Origin: Oikopleura dioica
Taxonomy: Eukaryota > Animalia > Chordata
Direction of reading: 5' to 3'
DNA length: 64,000 nt
Assembly (NCBI GenBank): GCA_907165135.1
Contig: OU015568.1
Coordinates: forward strand, 10,664,001 to 10,728,000
Shown piece after piece: positions 52,065-64,000 of the stretch (positions are counted from its first letter, which is position 1; every line of letters starts with the position of its first letter). A program made the position numbers and the translations under genes. Under the pieces are notes generated by a model. That model made no database searches. It had not been told where the DNA came from and saw nothing but the letters and a program-made list of their open reading frames with translations.

Positions 52065-53290
52065 CTACATTTCACCCTGGAAAGCAGCAGCACCTTGCTG
52101 AGCTTGGGAGATGATATAATCTTCAGGGGATTGTGGCATTACAGAACGGTGGGAGCTGGCGGTTAGGGCTTCTTGAATTTCTGGAACGGGTTCGGGCGGT
52201 GCGTTTTCCGTCTCATTCGCGATTTCGTCCACTAAAAGAAGAAAATAATGGGGCAAATACTGAGAACTGTAGTACCATAATCCGCCGAGAGTATTTTGCG
52301 TCCCTTGAAGCCAGCCACAGGTTGGAACTTCTCATTGTCAATGATAGGATAAAGATTCTCGCCGCCATCGAAAGTCAAAGGACCGACTGCGCCAGGATAA
52401 CAGAAGACAAACAGGGAAAATATCATCACGCAAAGAGCGCAAGCGGAACCAGATTGCGGGATCTAAGAATTTTTACTAAGAAATAATGACGAGTTTCAAT
52501 TACCATCATGACTGACTCTTGAAGTTTTCGAAGCTGGTTCATCAGGATCATGTTTTGACGCTCAAGAAAGTTGACTCGCTTTTTCAAGTCATCGTTTTCA
52601 TTTTGATATCGTCCAAGTTCCCCTTCTACTTTGTCGAAGTGCTCTTTCTTTCTCCTCCTTGAGATCAGAAATAACTAGATATTGGTGTTTCAGATCCTAC
52701 CTTGACTCGACAGCGGATCTTTTGTTCCTGATCTTTCTGCGCACCTTTTTCAGGACACGTTCCTCTGCCTTTGTCAGAGGGAGATCCTCGGGAAGTTCGA
52801 CTCCTTCCTCTTTGAGAAGTCTTCGCTCCTCATCTGTCAAGTTCAAGTTAGTCTTTACCCCAAGCTCTTTCTAAAACAAGTTTAAAAACCGTCAGTCATG
52901 AAAGCAACGAGGAATACCTTCACGCGCTCGCGTACGTCTTGGATATGACGGGGCAAATCTGACGTGCCATTACACGAAAATGTCACGGACTTTTCCATCT
53001 CCTGCTCGTCCTCAACAAAGTCACAAGAAACGGTTGTCGAATTAGACGACGTCGGGGAATCTCTCTCTTGCGCATCTTGGACCTCTGGCTGTGCAAAGAA
53101 GCAATCGATTTCAACCTGACTCAGTATTAGAAAAAAAAAACTAATTGTTTTTGCAAGTATGACTCACGTCTCGCTCGTATTTTTCTGGTCTTTCCTTGAA
53201 CAAGTCTTCCAAGTCTGCTTTATAATTTTCGAGCTGGGTCTCAGCCGAGTCGTGAAAAAGCAATTCAAAGATGTGAGCCGAGTCCTCCAT
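52065..53290 (-). CDS. CREB3/OASIS-family membrane-anchored bZIP transcription factor
   Basis: [32 protein letters not shown] basic region, leucine zipper, then TM segment ([14 protein letters not shown]). Confidence 0.9.
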
Positions 53291-53357
53291 TGTCACATTT
53301 CTACAACACAAACGGACATAAACAACTGTTTTGTTTATTTAGCATAATTTATACACC

Positions 53358-54766
53358 TTATTGCGTTTTGTTTTTCTTTTGGCCGCTAGCTGGCCATTTT
53401 GCACAGAATAATTTTACTAACAGAAGCAAATGAGTGAACACTAGAAGGCAAGATGAAAAATTTGTGCTAGGGAAGACGAACCAGGAATACTCATATGAGA
53501 AGAAAATCAGAATTGAAACTAAGGAGTTGAAACCAGCCATGCGGACCAAAAGAGGCAGCGAATGGTAGTACCAGACATAGAACTTATTTTTGTTAATCCA
53601 AAGCTCAATTCGTGAAAGTACCTGATAGTGCAAACTACGAGCGAAAACGATTCCAATGAAATTTGAAGTAAACAGAATATCAGCCGTTAGAAGAGGGCAA
53701 GTCTGCTCTGAGCCATGATTTCTGATCGTGTTAAAAACTGCGAGAGGAAAAGACAAGAGCGTCGTCCCGAATCTCTTTGGCATCCATCGCTTTGAACAGA
53801 ACAGAACTAAGAAAAGCAAGTGAAGACCAAGAAGGGCTCTGTGGAAGTTATCATCTAAAAAGACATTCAAACTCGAAACATGCTGATAATAATACCGAGA
53901 AATGTCTCCTCGTCGAGGAAGCGAAAGTTGACTGTCCATTTATGAAAGAACTTTCTGTTGAACTCAAACGCCTTTGCCATATATTCTCGTGGATATGTTG
54001 ATAAAAATTCATAACCAACAGCGACTGAAACTTGGTTAGAATCAAACTAAATTGACAAGCCTAACCTTGGACAAGAAGAATGACTATAAATTGAAAGATC
54101 GTGTGTGGTATCCTCAAGTTGCGCATGAAAACGACGCAAATGCCGGGAAGAAATAAAAGGTTGTTCATTTTTATCGAAATAGCGAGTGAATACATGATCG
54201 ATCCAAAAGTCCACTTCTTGTTCATAAAACAGTAAACCGCAATCCAGGCGAGAATGTTTGCCGGACCATCGTTGAACATCCTCAAGCTGAAAATCGAGTG
54301 TACTCTGTAGCCAGAAATGGAGGCAAAAATCATCATCCACGGAGGAAATCTGGCCTTTTCTGCTAGTTGACAGTAAACCATCAGAACAACCAGAAGCTGC
54401 ATCATGTAAAAACCGGCGAAGATCTGCTGTGCTTTGAAAATGTCTGCGCCATTGTCCGTAATTTTGTACAAGAAGCTGTAAAGATAGACGAATCCACCGG
54501 GGTATACAAGCGGTCCTGTATCTCCCTTTAGTTCCCTTGAGAAAAAATAACGATATTGACTAAGGGCGTAGCTAAGCTTACATATAATTTGTAGATCCAT
54601 TTAGGTACCCTTCAACCTCCTGCATATAAGCCTTCCAATCAATCTCAGTGTACTTTCTGTATTTGACGATTCCATAGTTGAAGACAAGTTCTGCGAGAAA
54701 AAGTAAAACGGCAAAGTGTCGCGAAAAGCGGGGCGAGCAAAACAAATCGATCAAACTTCGAATCAT
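53358..54766 (-). CDS. ALG3: Dol-P-Man:Man5GlcNAc2-PP-Dol alpha-1,3-mannosyltransferase
   Basis: [60 protein letters not shown]. Confidence 0.95.
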
Positions 54767-54817
54767 TTTTGCTCTCTGCTTGTGAATAAAACTCGCGCTT
54801 TTGCGGGCCCACTCAGC

Positions 54818-54889
54818 GGCTGTATAGCTCAGTGGTAGAGCACTTCACTCGTAATGAAGGGGTCCTGGGTTCGAACCCCAGTGCGGCCT
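54818..54889 (+). tRNA. tRNA-Thr(CGT)
   Basis: GGCTGTA/TGCGGCC acceptor stem, D arm AGCTCAGTGGTAGAGC, anticodon arm CTTCA-CTCGTAA-TGAAG, T loop GGTTCGAACC, followed by a T-tract. Confidence 0.95.
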
Positions 54890-55164
54890 ATTTTGTTTGG
54901 CTCTAAACTGGCTTTTTTGAATAGAGAAAGGATTGGGTAAATCAAGAATGGCTGGAGGGCATGTAAGGCTTTGCCTGAAGTAGTTTTTTTAGCAAAGCTT
55001 CTTCCAGACATTTTTAGAACAAGAAATGGGGCAGGAATCTGTTTGAAGTCAATACGGTCAAAGAGAAATACTAGAATTAGTTTTGCACAATTGATAATTT
55101 ACAAACATGTTACATGTCAGAAGATTTAACTTTTGGAATTCTAACAACGCATTCGTTGGTTGAT

Positions 55165-55830
55165 TTACTGTCCGCCTCCGAGATTGACAAGGACGAAGAA
55201 GCCGATGGCGACGTACATCCAATTTCTTGACAACCACGAGCCTTGTGGAGCGTTTTCTTTCTCCTTCTTCTCTTTTTCTACTTTTTGAAGAAAAGCCTAA
55301 ATTGAGAATTTACATAATGCTTGAAAAAGGGGATTTGCACCTGAGTTTCTGGGACAGGGCCAGCAGGAATCGTGGAGATATCGACAGTTGTGGAGATGCT
55401 GTTTGGTCCTTGGAAACTGTCACCTTTGCTAGAAAAGAAAAAAAGCTGAAGAAAGTTGAATTGAAAGAAAATCAAACCTGGAGATCGAGAGGAAGTTGCC
55501 TTCGGAGTCGGTCAAAATATCGAGTCTGCCGGGTTCGTAAACAGTCGTCGAAATGTACTTTTGAGCTCTTGAATCGTAAGATAAAAGATTCGGGGAGTTT
55601 TCTTACCTGATTTCGTCCCACTGAATGCTCGCAGGAATTCTGACAACGCAGGGGAAGGAAATCGACCCGTCAAAATCCAACGAGGCTTCTGGCTTCGTCG
55701 ATTTAACGTTTGAAAGCAAAAGCTTCGTATTTGTTACACCCAGTTTATCGGTCAACACCGCTTCGAGCTGATGCGTTTCGCCTGAAACACATACAGAGAG
55801 CGCAAGAACTGCCAAAGAAAATAGCCGCAT
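55165..55830 (-). CDS. EMC10: ER membrane protein complex subunit 10-like
   Basis: Signal peptide MRLFSLAVLAL, IPAGPVPET, and the C-terminal GSWLSRNWMYVAIGFFVLVNLGGGQ match the EMC10 pattern. Confidence 0.75.
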
Positions 55831-56241
55831 GCTCTGCTCTGAATTCAAAAAGATTGAAACTTTGATTGTTTTCATAAATAGAATTTATTGAGAAGAATTG
55901 CACAAACTAGTAGTAAAAGGATAGATTCTTTGAAGCGATTTTTCATCAACAAAACAGCGAAGAATAAAGTTACTAGCCCCTTGACAAGGAGCGCTGAAGG
56001 CTTCCGCATTTCGTTCTGGAACCGTTTTTGCACGAAATGGAACGCCTAAATTTTTCATTTTTAACTCTTACTCATACAGAAAGTTATTTATTGCACTATT
56101 TTTTGGAGATCAAATTTTGAATGAAAGATCATTAATTGAAAGAATTGAAATGAACTACAATCGGAACAAGACATGATGGTCATTTTCGCGCTTCATTTTT
56201 TGGCAATGGTGAAAAAATGAAATGCGAGTTGCGACTAAAAA

Positions 56242-57391
56242 TTAAAGATCTTCGTGCTTATTTTTGGCAAACGCGTCGACTCCGAATCGCGGATCAGGCG
56301 TGGGTGGTGCTCTTGTGGTGCTACTTTCGGCAGTCGTGCTCGGTTCTGGAGGAGAATCGACCTCCTCCGAGTTTGCTGGTGGCTCTGGTGGGTCTCTTAC
56401 CTCTTCTACACTTTCTGAAATGAGATTGTTAGAGGGGGTGTATTTTATTTTTACGTACTTGAATCGAGTAAGCCTTGATCGTCTTCTTCGGGTTCTGGAA
56501 TTTTGGGCTTGGGTTTCTTGCAATCATGAGTTCCATCTTCTGCGATTTCTCCTTCAACTTCATAACCATCTCTGCAGCCGAGACATTTGCCTTTTTCTCC
56601 TTTGCATTGCTATAAATAAACCGCTTAGTATCCCCCTTTCATTGATTGAAAATTCCTACTTTGCATTTATGCAGGCATTTGGTGCATAGTGGCTTTTCAG
56701 TCATCGAAACTTCTTTTTCCAAAAAATATTCGGAAGAGCATTCGTCGCAGTGTTTCCCAGAGTAGCCATGATTGCACTTGCAGCCGCCCTTGCCTTTTCG
56801 ATCACCGGCGCCTTCGCAAGTTCCGCGACCGCTGCAAACTTCTTGATTAACATTTGTTGGGCAAGCTTGACAGTCTTTTCCGAAGCTGTTCTTGTCTTCG
56901 CAACATGACTTTGACTTTTCAACGCAGAATTCTTTGAAGAAGCTAGAAAATTTATACAAACGAGAATTCTTGAAAGATTCTCACTCGATGCGATCTTCTT
57001 CGGGAGCAGAATCGGGGCCAGTTTTGAACCAATCTTCGACGTCTTCTTCGTATTCTTCCAAGAAGCTCGAGCAGCGGAAATCTCCTTCACAGGCATATTC
57101 AATCGTTTGGATCATTCGGGACTCGCTTGTTGCCCAGGGACCTACAGTTTTCTTTGAGTTCAAAGATACGATATCAATTAAATATCATATCAAAGTAACG
57201 TGATTGGCAATCATAAATATAAACTAACCTAGCCTTGACTCTTCCCATTTCGAGTTTCCTCCGCCGAAGTTCTGATTTTTCGTCTTTTTCAAATTTCTCT
57301 CGATTCCTTCTTGAAGTCTCTTGCAAGCTTCGCATTCTGTCTTCGTTTTCGCGACTCCAAGTCCGGCCAAACTCGCCCAAATAATCTTCAT
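56242..57391 (-). CDS. CRELD: Cysteine-rich with EGF-like domains protein (CRELD1/2-like)
   Basis: CEACK..NFGGGNSKWEESRLG..SESRMIQTIEYAC..LEEYEEDVEDWF; FCVEKSKSCC; CSGRGTCEGAGDRKGKGGCKCNHGYSG. Confidence 0.92.
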
Positions 57392-57503
57392 CGGACGCTC
57401 TCTTTTTGGGATTCTTGAGACTATTCTAGAGCGTGGAAGAAAAGGGAGGAAACTGTAACATTCTTCGTTTCTCCAAAGATGAAGGGAGAATTCGGCGAGA
57501 AAC

Positions 57504-57532
57504 GACACGTAGCTGGGATTTTCAAGACACGT
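57504..57532. promoter_or_regulatory. Two tandem GACACGT elements (XBP1/CREB3/ATF6-type core) upstream of CRELD
   Basis: GACACGT at 57504-57510 and 57526-57532, 113-141 bp upstream of the CRELD ATG in the divergent CRELD/Rab7 interval. Function is inferred only. Confidence 0.35.
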
Positions 57533-58156
57533 CGAAAAAGAGGCGCTGTTGATTCGCGAATTTTCGACAAATCGAGGGGCGCGAAAATTGCTGATTCAAG
57601 ACTGGGAAAATCCGAGCCTTCAAGTCTCGAACAAGTGAAGAAACGCTGCACTGGGAATTATGGTTCATGCCAAAAAATATTTAAGAAATACTCGAGTATT
57701 TTAATAAGTGAAAGTTATTTTTAAAAGCGTGCCAAAATATTGTAAACAAAAATTGTTATTTTATTGTCAAACAATTTGATCAGATCATTCTATTAAAAAT
57801 CTATTATTCTTCCTTTTGCGATGTCTAATTGATAGATAATACTGTAGTTCTCCTGTGAACATGGGAATTACTGTAGCTGTGTCTGCAATCTCCAGACAAA
57901 CAAATGAGACTGCCGCATGACTGGTAGTCATTCTTTCACACATCTCCCTCCAATCCGAATAACCCTGCTTCTCGCCATGCTTTTTCAAACTATCCGAGAC
58001 ATGAATGCTTTTACTCTAATATTTATATCTCAAAACTGTCCCCCAAGGGTCTCAGAAAGAAAGTCATGTGAGACTCTCAATCTCTGATGCTCAATAACAA
58101 ACTTGTCGCAAAGTTATTAAAATAAAAAAATAAGCTTATTTCAGATTTTTACGTAA

Positions 58157-59019
<863 letters not shown>

Positions 59020-59417
59020 ATTTTTTTCCAGTCCAGTTTTCCCTCTCTTCTAGCATTTACTGTAATAACTACTTTTTCATTTATGCATAAACAAACGAAA
59101 AACTACTGATTGAAAGAATTCTTTCTCATGTCCACTATTTTCTTCTCCAAAAGCAGAACTAAATGCATCTTCACCTCAAGATTTATCATTTGAAATATCA
59201 AAATCGTTTGTTTGAAATTATCAGAATAAAGATAAAAAAGAGTATCCATCTTCCCCGTCTTCAGTTTATTTACAGTCATCTCATCTTATTCTACATGTTT
59301 TCCTATTTGGTTCAATTTTAATTGCGTCTCTCGTGTATCAACTTGCCTTATTTTTCGACAAAATTATTCACAATAAATTCAAGAAAACAAATTTAAAATT
59401 TTTTTTCTTTAGAAAAG

Positions 59418-60426
59418 ATGGTTATTCTCACAGTCAAGCACGGCACCGACCTCCAGTTTCTCTACGAATGCACCAACAAAACTCCAATAAGAGAGCTCAA
59501 AGAAGATCTTCGGTGAGAATAAATGATCTTCCTCATTTTAGGAACACTCATTTTCTTCAGAAAAATTTACAACGGTCGACTGAAAATCGAGCGAATCGCA
59601 ACAGAGTTAGAGCAGCTCGCAGAACACGGAACGATTCTCCCTGAAAACATGCAAGGATTGAATGACAGCCAAGTCGCAGACCTGAAACTGGTCGATCCAT
59701 TCACAGCAAAATGCATTCCAAGCGGCGGCTTCGAAATGAAAAAAGACATTTACGGCCGACGAAACGGACAAGCGCCAAATGAAAAGATGTCGAAGTTGCT
59801 AAAGGATACAGCGCAGAAAGCAAAAGATCTCGTTTCGAAGAAACGAATCGACGAAAAGTTCAGCATGACTTATGAAACCGTCGACGAAGCCCTCCAGATC
59901 ATGAAAGGAGCCGTGATGATCGTGTATCCTATGGATTTGCCTCCTTATGATCCCGTCCGAGCAGAACTTGAAAACAAGGAGGACTTGTCTGGTCAACAAG
60001 CTTCTAAATTAGTCATTCCTGAGCACAGCATGGGTGAGTCCGTTGAGTGAATTAAGATTTTTTAAAAGACTTTTTTAGCGATTTGGTGGGCGAACAAAGA
60101 ACTCCACGACGAAAAGCTCTTGTGCGATTATTCGGGAAAGAATGACCGGACCAAGCTCGCCGTCAAAATTCAAAAAACAGGTCAATCAGCGCCGGCACGA
60201 GAGCCTGTTGTCACTGAAGAGCAACAAAAGGAAATGATGATGCGCGCCTATCGACGACAGGAGGAGTTGAAAAAGCTCGCCGAAGCTGATGGTCACTTTA
60301 CTTTCAAAATTCACCATTAAAAATGCTCGTTTAGATGATGATTACATGAACGCAGCATGGGCAGACTCTGGAAACCTGAAACGATCTCTTACTGGAATGG
60401 GAAACATCAAATGGGGCCCTCGCTAG
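59418..60426 (+). CDS. CFAP298: Cilia- and flagella-associated protein 298 (C21orf59/Kurly)
   Basis: YNGRLKIERI..LAEHG, GRRNGQAP, GAVMIVYPMDLPPYDP, WWANKEL, APAREP, AYRRQEELKKL. Confidence 0.93.
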
Positions 60427-60562
60427 ATCTATCTTCCGAATTCACCAATGCGCAATTGAACAATATAGAATCATTTAGACTTTTCTGCCGATTAGATTCT
60501 TCTGTATTTTCCAAGCAATACATTTCTATTTTTATAAATTTATCGTCAGTTTTTCGGTTCAG

Positions 60563-61393
60563 ATGGGAGGTGTATTTAGTACATCCGGCCAGAAGACCAC
60601 AACGGTCTTCAGCCAGATCCCTGCTGAGAACGAGGTCGCCCCGGGCATTAAGCTTACCAATGCCGTTCTTAATAAAATCTCGCAAGGTGACAGTGGACTT
60701 ACCAACCAGGTTCAGCAGACTTCCCTATTACATACATTAAATTTTTATGCAGCAATTGAACTCCATTCAAAATCAGTACAACGCTCACCTGGAAAGCATT
60801 CACGCTGCTCATGAGCAAGAAAAGGCCGATCTTATGGAGAAGTTCGGCGCCTCCAAATTCGACCCCGCTGATGAGGTAACGAAATGATGACAATTTTATT
60901 GCCAACTGATGACCGAAAAAGTATCGATTAAAATGTCGAAATTCAGTCCGCTGCGGCGCGAATTCAAGCCCTCCGAGCAGCTGCTGAAGCTGTCAAAGAC
61001 GCTTCCACAAAAGTAGAAGAAGAGCGACGACAATTTTTGCAAATTCAAGAAGAAGAGAAAGAGAAGATTATCGAGAAGACGAAGCCGTTCTTTGCGCCAA
61101 AGGATATTGTCAACCCATGCGAAGATCTCATTGCTCAAGTCGCCTCCTGCTACAGGTACTTCCACCAAGCTTCAATAGTTTTAAATTGTTTTGTGTTCAC
61201 TTTGATTTTACCCGAAACACCTGTTGATTTTGTTTTACGAGAGCGCAGCCAGTGAATCATTTCTTCCAGCAAAGACAATTAATTCAGAGAAAACCCGCGA
61301 AACTCGCTGCTCTGCGCGGAGGTCGTAAGAAATCTGAAAGCAGGCGTGGAGGAAGAGAAAAAGAAGTATTTTGCGCGGGCAGCTTCGGCTTGA
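60563..61393 (+). CDS. CHCHD3: MICOS subunit MIC19/CHCHD3-like
   Basis: MGG myristoylation start, GIKLTNAVLNKI, coiled coil, then PCEDLIAQVASCY CHCH-like motif. Confidence 0.7.
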
Positions 61394-61758
61394 AGAATTC
61401 CAATCTCAATGTGTGTAATATTATCAAAACTACAAATACCTGTAACGATTATTTCAAGTTCAATCTTATTGATCTCTATTCTATTTATTGCGCCAACTGT
61501 TCAAAGGCGTCTTTTCCTCCGATTCCTAACTCATGACCTTGGACGTTGAAGCCTTTTAGTAAAACTAATCGATGACCATTAAGATGAATCAGCTGGGACT
61601 GAGGAGTCCCTCCTTGAACTCGCCAAGGGGGATTCCTGAGAGCAATGGGAGAGCTGTAATTTCGGCCCTGCGATCGTTACAGGAAATTGTTAATCAAATA
61701 TTTAACTGGCTTAAAAACGAAGGATTTATTTAACAAAAATCAGGGAAAAATCAAAAGT

Positions 61759-63340
61759 ATGGAGCGAGAGCGATCGGAAAGCAACACTTCATCTGCAGTA
61801 ACAACTCCTCGTCTTCCAACAAGCGAGTTGCCGATCATGAAACGGTTCATTGCCCGCTCGCGCTCGCAATCAACTGATGCAACACTCACGGTTAGTCCCA
61901 GTGAGTCCCAGAAAACAGATAGCAGCGGGAGCAAAGACAATCAGTCCAAGGGAGAGTTCTTGACATGTTCTGGCCCCAAACGAGTACTCGTGTAAATATT
62001 TGGCGGGTACTTGTAAGTTGCCAATTTGCACTTTCACAAACTTGTGGATTATTTATTATGATGAATTACTACCAATTTTATAAAAGAAAACAGTATCAGT
62101 GGACATGCAAGAGCTCCTCGGAGGTACTCGAGGATGAACTATCCCAAGCTGACGAGCGATGCCGTCTTTTAGAAGAAAAACTAAACAATATGCGATTAGC
62201 ATTCGTCAAAGCCGAGACCGAACGCAACAAAGAGAAAGAAGCAAGAATCCGCTCCGAGCGCGAGAGAATCGCAGCTATTTACGCAAAGACCGAGCAGAAG
62301 CAGCAAACGCCTATCAGTATCAACCGCCATGTCTACGAAGTAGCGCCTATCTCTACCAAATTCAACGGTTTCGATTCCGACGAGTCCGAAGTTGAAACTG
62401 CCGAAATGCCCCTGACAGTCGACTCCGAAGACAACGAAGAGAACGAGCTTCAGAAAATTTTAAAGCAAAACAGCAAAATAAAGAAAGCACAAAAAACAAA
62501 GCGCAAAAATCCCTCCCCACCGACAAAAACGCCGAAAAGCAATGACCGAGAAAAGATGCAATTTCCATTTTGCGCTGGATCAGCAACGAAGAGCCACAAT
62601 GTCGGGCTAAACTTGCAAGGTAAACATGAACTTTGATAACATTCTGCGATTTCCTACATGTAAATTATTTGCATATGAATCACTGGACTAATTTACTTTC
62701 TCAGAGACTCATTAATATGCGTATCATCTAGGTCTGATGCACCAGGTGAAAACACAATCTTCTCGCAGAGGTCCGCATTATGCAGAGTCTACTAGCAGCA
62801 AAACAAGTGCCAAAAGAAAAACTGTTGGAGGCCATGAGCAGAATATGGACATTGCTACTACTAAAGAAATTGGTAAATAGATTTTTCTTATGAAATCTGT
62901 GAGTTCTCTTTTTTTCTATCATCTTTCTTTAGAAAATTTGTCGACCCTTCTCTCTGAGCTTCAAAAAGAATTCGCCGACTTAGCGGTCTCCTGCCGCGAA
63001 AAAGAGTAAGTCGTAACGGAAGTTACTGTAAGTTACAGTCTGTAACTAACTCTGTTGTAGCTTAGATTGCGAAGACCTCCAAGATAAACTGAAGGACATG
63101 GAGAAAAAGGGTCAACACATTTTGGTCGTCAAAAAATTGCTAAAACAAAAGAAATCGAAGCAAACAACTAAGGAACAAGGTGCAGTCAATACAGATTGTT
63201 TGAGTGAGATTTATGGGCTGGTTTTTTCAGATTTGCCAAAGAGCATGCAATCATCGCAAAGAAAAGGCGGCGCGCGCCCAGCTCAGAATCGGGCGATTTT
63301 GAGAGAAGTTAGAAAACTTCAGAATGCGATTCAGTAAGAT
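61759..63340 (+). CDS. Unknown coiled-coil protein
   Basis: Codirectional exons 61759-61950, 62090-62620, 62930-63010, 63065-63180 and 63230-63310 with heptad-rich sequence. No family recognised. Confidence 0.55.
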
Positions 63341-63756
63341 CAGTGCTTTCAAGCCGCCATTTCTAGCGCTTCTTTTTAGTTCTGACCAAGTGCTATAAAA
63401 TCGGCGAAAGCGGCAAATTCCCATCATAACATCAACTAACAACGAATTAAACCATTCCTGCCTCTCTCGAATTGTAACAGAACTAACTATCCCTGTATCA
63501 TATTTCTGAGTTCATTCGATTTCCTTTTTATATTTTTCTACAATTCACTCTAATCTCTAAAGCAGCAAGTTGCTGCCAGCAACTAATTTTATACGCACTT
63601 TACATTCCCCTCTTTCGGGCTTTACGTTTTGTTTTCTTTCACATTCCCATAGAAAATCTACGAAATCACATTTTCCTTTCTTACTTTGTTCATAAGGTTC
63701 ATATTTTTATTTTTGACTTGTTGTGACTTACACTCATCGCTATTAGATCTAGATTC

Positions 63757-64000
63757 ATGGGAAAACCCATCCGAGTTGTTGTCGCAGGAGGGCCGAGTTG
63801 TGGGAAGACTTCGATGCTCGAGCGCTTGATTTACAATAACTACGATCCCGATAAGAAAATGTTCCCAACGCAGGAGGACATTTATCTGGGGCAAATCGAC
63901 GTGCGGAATAGAATGGAGACCTTGCACATCCACGACACCAGCGGCGAGGAATGGATCAAAACCGCCTCTCCGCCGCGCCACTTGTGCTACTACGGCGAGG
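63757..64000 (+). CDS. NKIRAS: kappaB-Ras (NF-kB inhibitor-interacting Ras-like), truncated by the window end
   Basis: MGKPIRVVVAGGPSCGKTSMLERLIY..TQEDIYLGQI..HDTSG matches the NKIRAS pattern. Confidence 0.85.
   Translation, partial: MGKPIRVVVAGGPSCGKTSMLERLIYNNYDPDKKMFPTQEDIYLGQIDVRNRMETLHIHDTSGEEWIKTASPPRHLCYYGE

Overview
Gene-dense eukaryotic (animal) DNA with many 35-60 bp introns and short intergenic gaps. Most starts have an AG acceptor just upstream, which fits operons with SL trans-splicing. This resembles a larvacean tunicate such as Oikopleura; the species is inferred, not confirmed. Contents in order: 3' part of cytoplasmic dynein heavy chain; an obscurin/UNC-89-like Ig-kinase gene; a tetraspanin; an Eph receptor with a dead kinase domain and a 7.4-kb first intron; then about 24 kb of minus-strand genes (SCCPDH, eIF3m, unknown, RGS12/14, a Ubl-TM-ARM protein, CHIP plus a TPR-only paralog, V-ATPase B, SRP9, syntaxin-8-like, CREB3-like, ALG3, EMC10, CRELD) with an antisense tRNA-Thr; and finally plus-strand Rab7, CFAP298, MIC19, a coiled-coil gene and kappaB-Ras. 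The most striking features are three non-autonomous DNA transposons. Two are related foldback elements with 5-bp C-NNN-G target duplications. One of these (1564 bp, 519-bp arms) sits inside a coding Ig exon, and removing it as an AT...AG intron would restore the frame exactly. A separate 73-bp hairpin insertion in the CHIP paralog best restores homology if spliced as a GG-AG intron. Together these suggest TE-driven creation of non-canonical introns. Exon boundaries were inferred by eye and are approximate unless stated.
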